Translations under genes and position numbers: made by a program
Notes under the pieces: model-generated
What the model was told of the DNA's origin: nothing
The model's input: the letters and a program-made list of their open reading frames with translations, nothing else
Databases searched by the model: none
NCBI GenBank assembly: GCA_029934055.1
Contig: JAOZMZ010000002.1
Location: 14,489 to 78,488 of the forward strand
Direction of reading: 5' to 3'
Length of the DNA stretch: 64,000 nt
DNA from: Kiritimatiellia bacterium
GTDB taxonomy: Bacteria; Verrucomicrobiota; Kiritimatiellia; B70-G9
Part shown: positions 27,301-35,006 of the stretch, in pieces
Position numbering within the stretch: position 1 is the stretch's first letter
Layout: each line of letters opens with the position of its first letter

Positions 27301-29401
27301 CTACATCATCCACCCGAATCAGACCAGCGGCGGCGATAACTGGACGAACGGAGCCTACACCATCGAATTCTACGCAACCGACGGGGACGACGAACCGCTG
27401 CAGGCCGATATCTACTACGGGAACGGATGCGACGACGACTGGCACCTCATAAACACCAACCAAACCATCAACGTCGATACTTCGACACATTACGCCTCCT
27501 GGACCTGGGATCTCTCGGGAGTCGCCACGGGGGCTTATTACATCAAGGTCGTCGCCCGGCGCGGCGGCGGCGGAAAGCCGGGTTTCGACGTCTCCAACAG
27601 TCGCCTCATGGTGGAAGATACACTCGGATTCCCCCACAACGGACATACCAACGTAACCATCATCACCAACGACTGGGCACTGCTCGGCAACGATATGAGT
27701 TTCGAGTCCGGCAACAAATACGGCTGGGGCACCTCGCCGACCAACTGGAGTGAGGGCAACGACGACCTCGAAGTTCACATCACCTCGGACCGCTCCTGGG
27801 AAGGAGGTTACTCGGCCCGCATGCATGGCGGCGCCTGGACGGGATGGTCTTTCAACAACATCTATCAGCAGATCCCTTGTACCTCCGGAGAAGTCCTGTA
27901 TGTCACCGGCCGCGTCTATCTCGCCCAACTCGGCATCAACCCCGGAAGCACAAACTGGCTGAAGTGCGGAATCAAATTGGAGCCTACCAACGGCACCCCT
28001 TCAACCGCCGAAGACTGGCTCACCCCCGACGACGCCACCGCCTGCTGGCATACCCTGACCTTCTCATGCAACATAACCAACAGCGGCACCCGGAAACTCA
28101 TCCTCTACGTCATGGGATACGACGCTACCGGAGCCGACGTCTACTTCGACCGAATAGACGTTTTTTCCACAAATACCGGTACGATCGTTACCAATGAAAC
28201 ACGCACAAGCTATTGGCTCGGAGACCCCGACACCGACGTGTCCGATTACGATCTGCTGACTTTCTGGATAAGCGCCGCAAATCCGATCGACTACGCGGAA
28301 ATATGGGCCGCCGACTCCAGCGGCGTGACCAATACCGTGCCCCTTACCAATTTCCTCTCCCGCATCATATCACTGCAACGGCGCGTTGACGTTCCCTGGA
28401 CCAATTTCACCACCATCGACCGCACCCACTTGCATTCAATCGGCTTCAACAACTCAACCTCCAACAGCCTCTCGGTCGCCGATATGCGCTCACGCTCGAC
28501 ACCGATGCGGATATCCTCAAGCGTTCCGGCAACGGTCCGCCATGATCAGGACGGCCTGCCCCTCTTCAATCCCGGCGACGTCCTCACCAATATCATCAGC
28601 ATTCAAAACCTGAGCGGCAACACGCTTACCGGCCTGCGCATCCAGGTTGACCAGGAATACGCCGAAACCACCCTCTGGTGGGACTCCTCTCCGGGAGTAA
28701 GCCCCGTATGGAGCTGTCGCACCCGCAAAGGCGACCGCCTCTGTGGAGAATATGAACAGATTTGGACGAATATGAGCATCCCCGCCGGCTCGACGCTTGT
28801 CATCACGAACCTCTTCACGCTGCCATACGGCCAGCGAGTCGACCACACCCGCTATAAAACACAACCCGGTGAATACGACTGGTTCTTCGATCGTAACTAT
28901 GCCGGCCATGCCCGTAGCCATCTCGTGATCCGCCGCTCCAACGGTGACAACTTCTTCGCGGACGACCAGATTGTCTATTATTCCATGGATGACGATTTCG
29001 ATGTGGATAACGATGGATTGCCGGACTCATATGAATTGGAGCATTCCGGTTCATATACGGGCATGCAGGCGTCCGCCGACGACGACGGCGACGGTCGCAA
29101 CAATCTCCGGGAATTCGTAGCCGGCACCTGCCCCACCAATGCGGCCTCATTCCTCGACCTCGACCATATCGAATGCGAACCGGCCGCCGCCGTGGAACTG
29201 CAATTCGACACCGTCACCGGTCGGGTTTACTGGGCCGAGTGGTGCTCCAACCTGCTCGAACATGCCTGGTCGCCCGTGTCCACCAATCTGCTCGATGGTG
29301 ACGGTGGACTGAAAACCATTATCGACTACGAGAGCCTCTACGTCACCAGCCGCTATTACCGGATAGGCGTAAAACTGGGACAGGATTCCTGGCCACGCTG
29401 A
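24365..29401 (+). CDS. Large secreted protein (about 1680 aa) with three CBM4/9-like beta-sandwich modules, TSP3 Ca-binding repeats and the shared C-terminal FN3-like tail
   Basis: A signal peptide (LRALAIIAAAVAVT) is present. The motif N(A/G)xFE(T/S)Gx(L/K)xGW, typical of CBM_4_9, opens three modules near residues 55, 180 and 1130. A TSP3-like DDDFDVDNDGLPDSYE...DDDGDGRNNLREF is present. The C-terminus reads ...GRVYWAEW...SRYYRIGVKL. I chose the internal ATG at 24365 over 24326. Confidence 0.8.
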   Translation: MTRLSFTLISQGGILNKSILRALAIIAAAVAVTRQIPAETLSNAGFETGDLSGWSTITNQLSIATDTNNTFNQNYAARLQGSFCASSPITNTLSQSINVAAGDQLHLLGFVHWATNSYSSSAGTGTVCASLSDTFGAVTSATWNAAFDGWRFFDLHHELFGIHDRGFESGGLSAWDTGCDDLTASVQAAVADVGDYALEMAGTFDGWSWNQVYQLLTLTNGDVIHARARINVEELNTTGSWVVAGIKLEKDGGGYGVEDVIQANTNSTGWQDLSFVSAPITNSGLYIFRCMICGYGAATCTVYFDDILVWREEDSTDGLATATVSLSFEGFSGGASETGTVDLYWDSIALDGSSANPLPATNIYTTLRAEAESIATNPAADIPAINYPPLYVYVFPIGDWGVTDYPSYVEVGFASWTNGSDLICTNVIILYRPDNDSTERVLEFDSYGYLGAMAHTERGEGILLDTNSPPYFMLGSKDGSSAEFGTGPFAETHTYVIGTPLTNFPRKMTTAYGDGWPSRLEIVFTENAGACTSSLWTKHFILASIVTNSDTHPAKGVKICLYATTSGTSNDISYTSQEILMGGATEPQMYGRVDYPNVTYQDHNAVSLRAPWLYNLLDDGTGWWMQQRPRGSATIEPMTLYVCRDCNWVERPYEEYLFTWFNAASGVRSVFEDDYADRIPGQASYHVGFKIGHMYGTNEDGTARYPEVINIRGNGYFRMADYDGVMAGSFRPLAADIFGLYQFSEDAPLIPKAYSRMVPRTTPTNGTDDSYAQVFLSARSKTNNWFTSAMEMELHLSPDEVVSNGCFFDLELDTYANRAVTVTNDGALAAFDQVSMHWRGGSTNMGINDHTEGHDIDVVILKRSDGEWITHQVLNPPTNLYHRVLGTFASNDVVYLMQQDRAPYSYGFSTEQPYRKACSFEITLLDDAGRDLTLDVYEQNTASEISDNVNIAANFSDDLSSGEHLHYKYRYRSIYAPGVYIIHPNQTSGGDNWTNGAYTIEFYATDGDDEPLQADIYYGNGCDDDWHLINTNQTINVDTSTHYASWTWDLSGVATGAYYIKVVARRGGGGKPGFDVSNSRLMVEDTLGFPHNGHTNVTIITNDWALLGNDMSFESGNKYGWGTSPTNWSEGNDDLEVHITSDRSWEGGYSARMHGGAWTGWSFNNIYQQIPCTSGEVLYVTGRVYLAQLGINPGSTNWLKCGIKLEPTNGTPSTAEDWLTPDDATACWHTLTFSCNITNSGTRKLILYVMGYDATGADVYFDRIDVFSTNTGTIVTNETRTSYWLGDPDTDVSDYDLLTFWISAANPIDYAEIWAADSSGVTNTVPLTNFLSRIISLQRRVDVPWTNFTTIDRTHLHSIGFNNSTSNSLSVADMRSRSTPMRISSSVPATVRHDQDGLPLFNPGDVLTNIISIQNLSGNTLTGLRIQVDQEYAETTLWWDSSPGVSPVWSCRTRKGDRLCGEYEQIWTNMSIPAGSTLVITNLFTLPYGQRVDHTRYKTQPGEYDWFFDRNYAGHARSHLVIRRSNGDNFFADDQIVYYSMDDDFDVDNDGLPDSYELEHSGSYTGMQASADDDGDGRNNLREFVAGTCPTNAASFLDLDHIECEPAAAVELQFDTVTGRVYWAEWCSNLLEHAWSPVSTNLLDGDGGLKTIIDYESLYVTSRYYRIGVKLGQDSWPR

Positions 29402-29492
29402 TTATCCACATGAAAAGCTTGATCCCGCCCCGGGATGCAGCCCACTCTTTGTCTGTGTAATGTCACGACAAGGCAATGGGAGACAAACGCCT

Positions 29493-29987
29493 ATGGAAAC
29501 ATTTCAGGCAATCCGCGAACGCCATAGCACGCGCTCTTTCAGCAACCGGCCGCTGGAGAAAAAAGTCCTGGAATCACTAGTGGATGCCGGAAGGCTCGCC
29601 CCCTCCGGTCGCAACGAGCAGCCCTGGGAGTTCATAATCGTCACCCACCGCGGCACCCTGAAAATCATCGGCGGACTCGCCGATCACGGCGGCTTCATCG
29701 CCGACGCCGCGGCCTGCATCATCGTGCTTTGCCGCGACTCAAAGTACTATCTCGAGGACGGATCCGCAGCCACCCAAAACATCCTTCTGGCGGCGACCGA
29801 TCTCGGAATCCAATCTTGCTGGGTGGCCGGCGACAAGAAGGCCTACGCGGCCGAAATAGCGTCCCGTCTCGGCGTTCCGCAAGGCTACCGGCTGGTCTCT
29901 CTGATCGCCCTGGGATATGAAGATGAACCAACACCCCGCAAGAGCCATCGTCCGCTCAAAGAAGTTCTCCATTGGGAGCAATGGTAA
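29493..29987 (+). CDS. Nitroreductase-family protein
   Basis: The protein begins METFQAIRERHSTRSFSNRPLEKKVLESLVDAGRLAPSGRNEQPWEFIIV, a classic nitroreductase N-terminus (RxS(T)R...P...SxxNxQPW). Confidence 0.75.
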   Translation: METFQAIRERHSTRSFSNRPLEKKVLESLVDAGRLAPSGRNEQPWEFIIVTHRGTLKIIGGLADHGGFIADAAACIIVLCRDSKYYLEDGSAATQNILLAATDLGIQSCWVAGDKKAYAAEIASRLGVPQGYRLVSLIALGYEDEPTPRKSHRPLKEVLHWEQW

Positions 29988-30021
29988 TCCCCACGCATAC
30001 CTTCCGCACCCCCGATCACAT

Positions 30022-31392
30022 TCACCCACGGGGGCGCCGTGCCTCCAGGTATTTCAAGAGCCCGCGTGCCAAATCCGGCAAGCCGGGATCGCGTGCGCCC
30101 ATCACAAGCACCACGTCACCCTCACGCGCATCATCCACGAGTAATGCCGGAATTTTCCCCGCCTCCGCACAATAATGCGCGGTGATCCCCCGTGCGTTCA
30201 GAGCCTTCACGAGAGCCGGTGAATCCACGACTTTCTCCACGCTGCCCCCGGCATAGTATACCGGCAGCACCACCAACCTGTCCTCCCTGCGGACGACATC
30301 GGAAAAGGCCTCCACCAGATCGTCGAACATGAATGCCAGCGGCCGATATCCATGCGGCCTCCACACCCCCAGTACGCGGCCCATTTCGGCGGCCGTTTCC
30401 CAGGCGGACCGAATCTTTTGAGGATTGTGCGCGTAATCGTCGTAAACCCTCACTCCACCCGCCGCACCGATGGATTCCATGCGGCGGTGTACACCGGGAA
30501 AAGTCTCCAGCGCCTCTCTTATGATCTGCTCCCGGACACCGAAGGTGCGGCACATTAACGCCGCCAGCGCTGCATTTTCGGCATTGTGCCGCCCGGGCAT
30601 GCCGACGCACACTTCCCCTTCCCCGAAGGGAACCCGCCAAACTCCGTCTCGCTTCGATGCCGGTTCAACTTCATGAATAACCACTTCCGTGCCGCAGGCC
30701 TCGGCGACCAGCTCTGCAACCCCCGCCCCGGTGACCAGCACCCGTCGGATCCGTGCCCCAAATTCGCGGAAAATTTCCACCGTCTCTCCAAGTCCGAAAT
30801 GATCCCTGGCGATACTCGTAATAACCCCCCGCTGCGGATCGAGCCGTAAGAGAGAACGATCACTCTCATCCGCCTCTACGACCCAAATGCTTCCACTGCC
30901 CACCCGCATGTTGCCCGGCGCGGCATCGCCCATCCACGCGCTCACTTCCGCGCCCCCGAGCACCCACGGGTCCAGTCCCGCCCGTTCAAGAACGTATCCA
31001 ATCATCGTGGTCACCGTGCTCTTGCCGGAGGTACCGGCAACTGCCACCAGATCCTGTCCCCTGGTGAGTTCGGCAATCAAGTCCATGCGGTGCAGCACCG
31101 GTATCCCTTCCCTGTGCGCCGCCGCCAGGTCCGCGTTGTCCTGCTCGACGGCGCTTCCGGTGACAACAACATCCACCCCTTCACGCACCCCCGTCCCGTC
31201 CTGGGGATGAAAAGTTACGCCCGCCGCCTGCAAGCGTTCAAGACGCGAGGTCATCCGCCCTCTATCCAGCAGCCTGTCGGAGCCGCTCACCTCCGCCCCA
31301 CGCCGCCGCATCAAAGCCGCCAGCGCACTCATGCCTGAGCCGCCGACGCCGATAAAATGATATCTCCGCATCTCCGCAAACGACACCATCAC
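30022..31392 (-). CDS. murC: UDP-N-acetylmuramate--L-alanine ligase MurC
   Basis: YHFIGVGGSGMSALAAL is the N-terminal Mur ligase nucleotide-binding signature. AGTSGKSTVTTMI is the P-loop. Length is about 450 aa. Confidence 0.9.
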   Translation of the reverse strand: MMVSFAEMRRYHFIGVGGSGMSALAALMRRRGAEVSGSDRLLDRGRMTSRLERLQAAGVTFHPQDGTGVREGVDVVVTGSAVEQDNADLAAAHREGIPVLHRMDLIAELTRGQDLVAVAGTSGKSTVTTMIGYVLERAGLDPWVLGGAEVSAWMGDAAPGNMRVGSGSIWVVEADESDRSLLRLDPQRGVITSIARDHFGLGETVEIFREFGARIRRVLVTGAGVAELVAEACGTEVVIHEVEPASKRDGVWRVPFGEGEVCVGMPGRHNAENAALAALMCRTFGVREQIIREALETFPGVHRRMESIGAAGGVRVYDDYAHNPQKIRSAWETAAEMGRVLGVWRPHGYRPLAFMFDDLVEAFSDVVRREDRLVVLPVYYAGGSVEKVVDSPALVKALNARGITAHYCAEAGKIPALLVDDAREGDVVLVMGARDPGLPDLARGLLKYLEARRPRG

Positions 31393-31480
31393 AGCAGTCC
31401 CTTATCACCTCGCATCCATGGAAAAAAACAAGAGCATCTCCTGCCTCGCATACAAGTGGATTCCCCCGCGGCAGGCCGCA

Positions 31481-32287
31481 TTACCCGGATGGCGGTGTTC
31501 CCCGTAACCCACTCCGTCTCTTCCCTTTCCCGCCGGCATCCCCCTGACGGCGGCTACCCTTGCCTTCTCCCCTCTTCCGGACCACTTTGACTTTCGCCTT
31601 CAGCCCGCCCCCCTCTTCCACTATCAAGCGCGCCGCTTCCACTTCCCCCTGCAACAGCCCGCCGCAACGTATCCGCACCAGTCCCTCAACCTGAAATCGG
31701 CCCTTGAGAGAGCCGGCGACTTCAATGTTTTCAAAACTGCCGCGGCCGCGCAGCTTTACGTCCGCCCCGGGAGATATCTCCACGACACGCGCCGTGACCC
31801 GTCCTTCCGGAAACGCCGTTCCCGGGCGGATGAGCAGCCTGCGCGCCGCACGCAGGGATCCGCCGACAACACGCCCCTCCAAGATAATATCACCGGCTAC
31901 GAGCACCCCCTCTACGAGTACGGCCTCCCGCGTCAGCCGAATCGTGCCCGCCGTCTTGAGATCCTCGTTCCACTCCGTCTCAAGGGTATAATCCACCATG
32001 TCCAGCACCGTTCGGCAGCGCGGACAAAAGGAACGTTGAGCGCGGCCGCTCAGCCGGAATACATAGCCGCACTCATAACACACGATCTCGTGCGACTCCG
32101 GCCGTACCGTGCGCGCGATGTGAACCCCGGAACTTCTTTTCTCCGCCCCCGAGCGACCGGTGTCCGCCGTTCCTTCCGCGGCCTTCCGCGGCCGATCGTC
32201 CCCGTGCCCTTTACTACGGGCCGCCCGGCGGGCCGCCTTGAGCGCCGTGTATCCGTCAACCAGATTGGCCTTTTGCCGATCCAACAA
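31481..32287 (-). CDS. Bactofilin-domain protein with an N-terminal C4 zinc-ribbon and a Lys/Gly-rich C-terminal tail
   Basis: CYECGYVF...CPRC forms a Cys4 ribbon. It is followed by bactofilin-type beta-helix repeats (GDIILEGRVVGG, GADVKLRGRGSFENIEVAGSLKGRFQVEG). Confidence 0.6.
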   Translation of the reverse strand: MLDRQKANLVDGYTALKAARRAARSKGHGDDRPRKAAEGTADTGRSGAEKRSSGVHIARTVRPESHEIVCYECGYVFRLSGRAQRSFCPRCRTVLDMVDYTLETEWNEDLKTAGTIRLTREAVLVEGVLVAGDIILEGRVVGGSLRAARRLLIRPGTAFPEGRVTARVVEISPGADVKLRGRGSFENIEVAGSLKGRFQVEGLVRIRCGGLLQGEVEAARLIVEEGGGLKAKVKVVRKRGEGKGSRRQGDAGGKGKRRSGLRGTPPSG

Positions 32288-32452
32288 CCGCCACCCCCGC
32301 CCGAAGTTTCACGCCGTGCCGTGGCGGAAACCACAGACCGGTCCGATTTCACCCGGCCAGACATTTTCAACCACGCGCGGGCGTCGGGGAAAATTCCTCT
32401 CATCTCCCTTCTCAGGTCAATGATCGGACCGGACCATCCTGCATAGTTCGGG

Positions 32453-32908
32453 CTATACTTTCTTGTTGAAAAGTCCACCCTTGGATTCGGGCGTCTTCGA
32501 AGCTTCCGGCTGTCCCCCGGCACGCTTCTCGTCCGCGGTCCCGGCCCCCTCCATCCCGGACGGCGCGTTCGAGGGATTGACTTCGGATTTCCCTACGAAA
32601 GTGACTCCATCTTCCACGGCCAGACGCTTGGCCTTGATATCCCCGGTCACACGCGCGGTGGACTTCATCTCTATCCGATCCTTGGCGACAATGTTACCGT
32701 TGATCGTTCCGGCGATGGATACCGAAGTTACCGTCAAATTGCCACGAATCTGCGCACTCTTACCGATCGTCGCGTCACCGCCGCAATGCAGATCACCCTC
32801 CAGCTTTCCATCGAGACGCAGTGAACCGGCCGTCTTGACCGTCCCTACGATCTGCACCTGAGAATCAATCACCGACTGTGAACTGCCATCGTTGTTCATG
32901 GACTCCAT
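32453..32908 (-). CDS. Bactofilin (BacA-like polymer-forming cytoskeletal protein)
   Basis: Repeats IVGTVKTAGSLRLDGKLEGDLHCGGDATIGKSAQIRGNLTVTSVSIAGTINGNIVAKDRIEM match the DUF583/bactofilin pattern. The start is taken at MESMNND; the ORF track extends to 32956. Confidence 0.7.
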   Translation of the reverse strand: MESMNNDGSSQSVIDSQVQIVGTVKTAGSLRLDGKLEGDLHCGGDATIGKSAQIRGNLTVTSVSIAGTINGNIVAKDRIEMKSTARVTGDIKAKRLAVEDGVTFVGKSEVNPSNAPSGMEGAGTADEKRAGGQPEASKTPESKGGLFNKKV

Positions 32909-33016
32909 CTCCCTGATTACATTGTTACTGAAATATGCGGACCGCGAGTACCGCAACCGCCTGCGACCTTGTCAAAACACCGGTCAAATACAAGGCAAAA
33001 CTGGCAACGGTAATAT

Positions 33017-34075
33017 CTACGGATATTGCGACGGCCTGTCCAACCCGGCCGTCTCCGGCAAACCAAACAGCAGATTCATGTTCTGTAAGGCGTTGCCCGC
33101 CTGTCCCTTGACCAGATTGTCTATATAGGAAACCACTCGCAGCCGCCGCGTACGGGCGTCCACGTCCACCACCAAATTGCAGTAATTCGTGCCCCGCACG
33201 TGGATGCTGCCCACCGTAGCGTTGCGATCGAATACGCGCACGAACGGATTCTCCGCATGAAAGTCCCGATACGCCGCCAATACCCCGTCGGCATCCATCC
33301 CGGAAGCCAACGTCGCGTACAGGCACGACATGATCCCGCGGCAGGCCGGGACCACCTGGGCCGTAAACGTAACCCGCACCTCGCCACCCGCCAGCCGACC
33401 AAGTTCATGCTCTATCTCGCAAACATGCTGGTGCCCCGCAAGCCTGTAGGCGTTCATGTTGTCGTACCGCGCAGGATAATGAAAAGCCGCCGCCGCCTTC
33501 TTGCCGGCACCGGATACCCCCGTTTTGCAATCGCAGATTATTGATTCCGGATCAACCAGTCCACCCGCAACCGCCGGTGCCAAGCCCAGAATACAACTCA
33601 CCGCGAAACACCCCGGATTGCCCACCAGGCGGGTACTTTCCCCCAGCCGATCCCGATGCAGCTCGGCCAGTCCGTACACCGTATCACCCAGCAGATCCGG
33701 CGCGCCGTGTTCCGCCTCCCGGCCGAGACGCGTGGCATAATCCCGGTAAGCCTCGACAGTGTTGAAACGGAAATCACCACTGTAATCTATCACGCGCGCC
33801 CCTTTCTCGAGCTCCCCGCGCGCATGCTTCATGCCCACTCCGTCCGGCGTAGCAAAAAAAACCACGTCGTAGGATTCCTGAGCTACGGATGAATCCGGCG
33901 CGGAAATTTCCGTATCACAAAAACCCGCAAGATGTGGATAAAGATCACTCATGCGCCGCCCGACGTCGTTTACATCCACCAAACATGTCGGCTCGGCTTC
34001 CGGGTGTCCCAGCAATAATTCAGTTATGCCGACACCGCCGTACCCGCCCGCACCTACTACCTTAGCGCGTATCAT
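33017..34075 (-). CDS. argC: N-acetyl-gamma-glutamyl-phosphate reductase ArgC
   Basis: N-terminal Rossmann motif VVGAGGYGGVGITELL, active-site region GNPGCFAVSCILGL, and a length of about 350 aa. Confidence 0.9.
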   Translation of the reverse strand: MIRAKVVGAGGYGGVGITELLLGHPEAEPTCLVDVNDVGRRMSDLYPHLAGFCDTEISAPDSSVAQESYDVVFFATPDGVGMKHARGELEKGARVIDYSGDFRFNTVEAYRDYATRLGREAEHGAPDLLGDTVYGLAELHRDRLGESTRLVGNPGCFAVSCILGLAPAVAGGLVDPESIICDCKTGVSGAGKKAAAAFHYPARYDNMNAYRLAGHQHVCEIEHELGRLAGGEVRVTFTAQVVPACRGIMSCLYATLASGMDADGVLAAYRDFHAENPFVRVFDRNATVGSIHVRGTNYCNLVVDVDARTRRLRVVSYIDNLVKGQAGNALQNMNLLFGLPETAGLDRPSQYP

Positions 34076-35004
34076 CGTCTTTTCCTCTCCTTGCTGCTGT
34101 CAGAAGAATCCAGCCATTCAAACCGCGCGGCGGCTGCCGTGTCAAGCCGGTGCGTTCTCCGGCACCCTTTTTGGAGCCCGCCCTGGACGCCGACCGCGTT
34201 GAGCGCCTTCAACTTGTCAACTTTGATGATAATCCGACAACCGGTCTCCTCGTCATGGATGTCCAGCCTCCCGATCGTCCAACGCTCACCGAAACGCCGG
34301 AAACTCTTGACCTCGTAGCGACGCACCAGCGTGCCACCGCCGTCAAACGCGGCTGCATCCAGAAAGGTTCCTATCTCCGGATCAACCCAGAGCCTGATGG
34401 CTGCATATCCATGGAGAGCACCCCGCGGAGGGCGTACGTCTATCACCCGGCACAAGCGACCCCGCTTGCGCTGGAAGCCCACCAGCCGTCCTCGTTTCCA
34501 CCATAGAAACGGCAGCTCCAAATCCTCCCATGTCAGGGGCAAGTCCGCCACGTGCGCCTGCAGCGCCGGCGGCGGCGCCGGTGCAAAATCAGCCCCCCGA
34601 TAGTAACGCCGGCGGACGTTTCCGTCCGAAGAATACGATATCACCATCCTTTCTATGCCGCGCCCGAAAACGTCCCTCAAGGTCACCACCGCGCGCGCCG
34701 GATTCTCATGCGGATGAAAATCGAATTCAACCCGCCGCAGCTTGCCTCCTCTCCCGGTGGGTCGCAGCAGAATCCGCCCCTCAAGGTGTATCGCCTGCGA
34801 CCACAAAACGCTCCGCGCGCGTTCCAATAAATCCTCAACCGAATAGACGTCCGGTTTTGCGGCGGGCGGAGTGCCCGCCTTTACACACCACGCGCCCAGG
34901 GCAAACAACCATATTCCCGCCGCGACCGCTCTCCTGCAGCAATAGCTCATGGGGTTCACCCCGCACCCGGGATCATTCGTACCCGCACAAAGAGTACCCT
35001 GCAA
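34072..35004 (-). CDS. Hypothetical exported protein (possibly LolA-like fold)
   Basis: A signal-peptide-like AAGIWLFALGAWCVKAG follows an internal Met. No family is recognised with confidence. It sits in the gap between lon and argC with 4-nt overlaps on both sides. Confidence 0.4.
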   Translation of the reverse strand: MQGTLCAGTNDPGCGVNPMSYCCRRAVAAGIWLFALGAWCVKAGTPPAAKPDVYSVEDLLERARSVLWSQAIHLEGRILLRPTGRGGKLRRVEFDFHPHENPARAVVTLRDVFGRGIERMVISYSSDGNVRRRYYRGADFAPAPPPALQAHVADLPLTWEDLELPFLWWKRGRLVGFQRKRGRLCRVIDVRPPRGALHGYAAIRLWVDPEIGTFLDAAAFDGGGTLVRRYEVKSFRRFGERWTIGRLDIHDEETGCRIIIKVDKLKALNAVGVQGGLQKGCRRTHRLDTAAAARFEWLDSSDSSKERKRR

Positions 35005-35006
35005 CT

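Noticed and set aside
25082-27928. Antisense ORFs of 555 aa and 256 aa opposite the 24365..29401 gene
   Set aside because: Low-complexity Gly/Ala/Val-rich translations. The sense frame carries a signal peptide, CBM-like motifs and the shared C-terminal tail.
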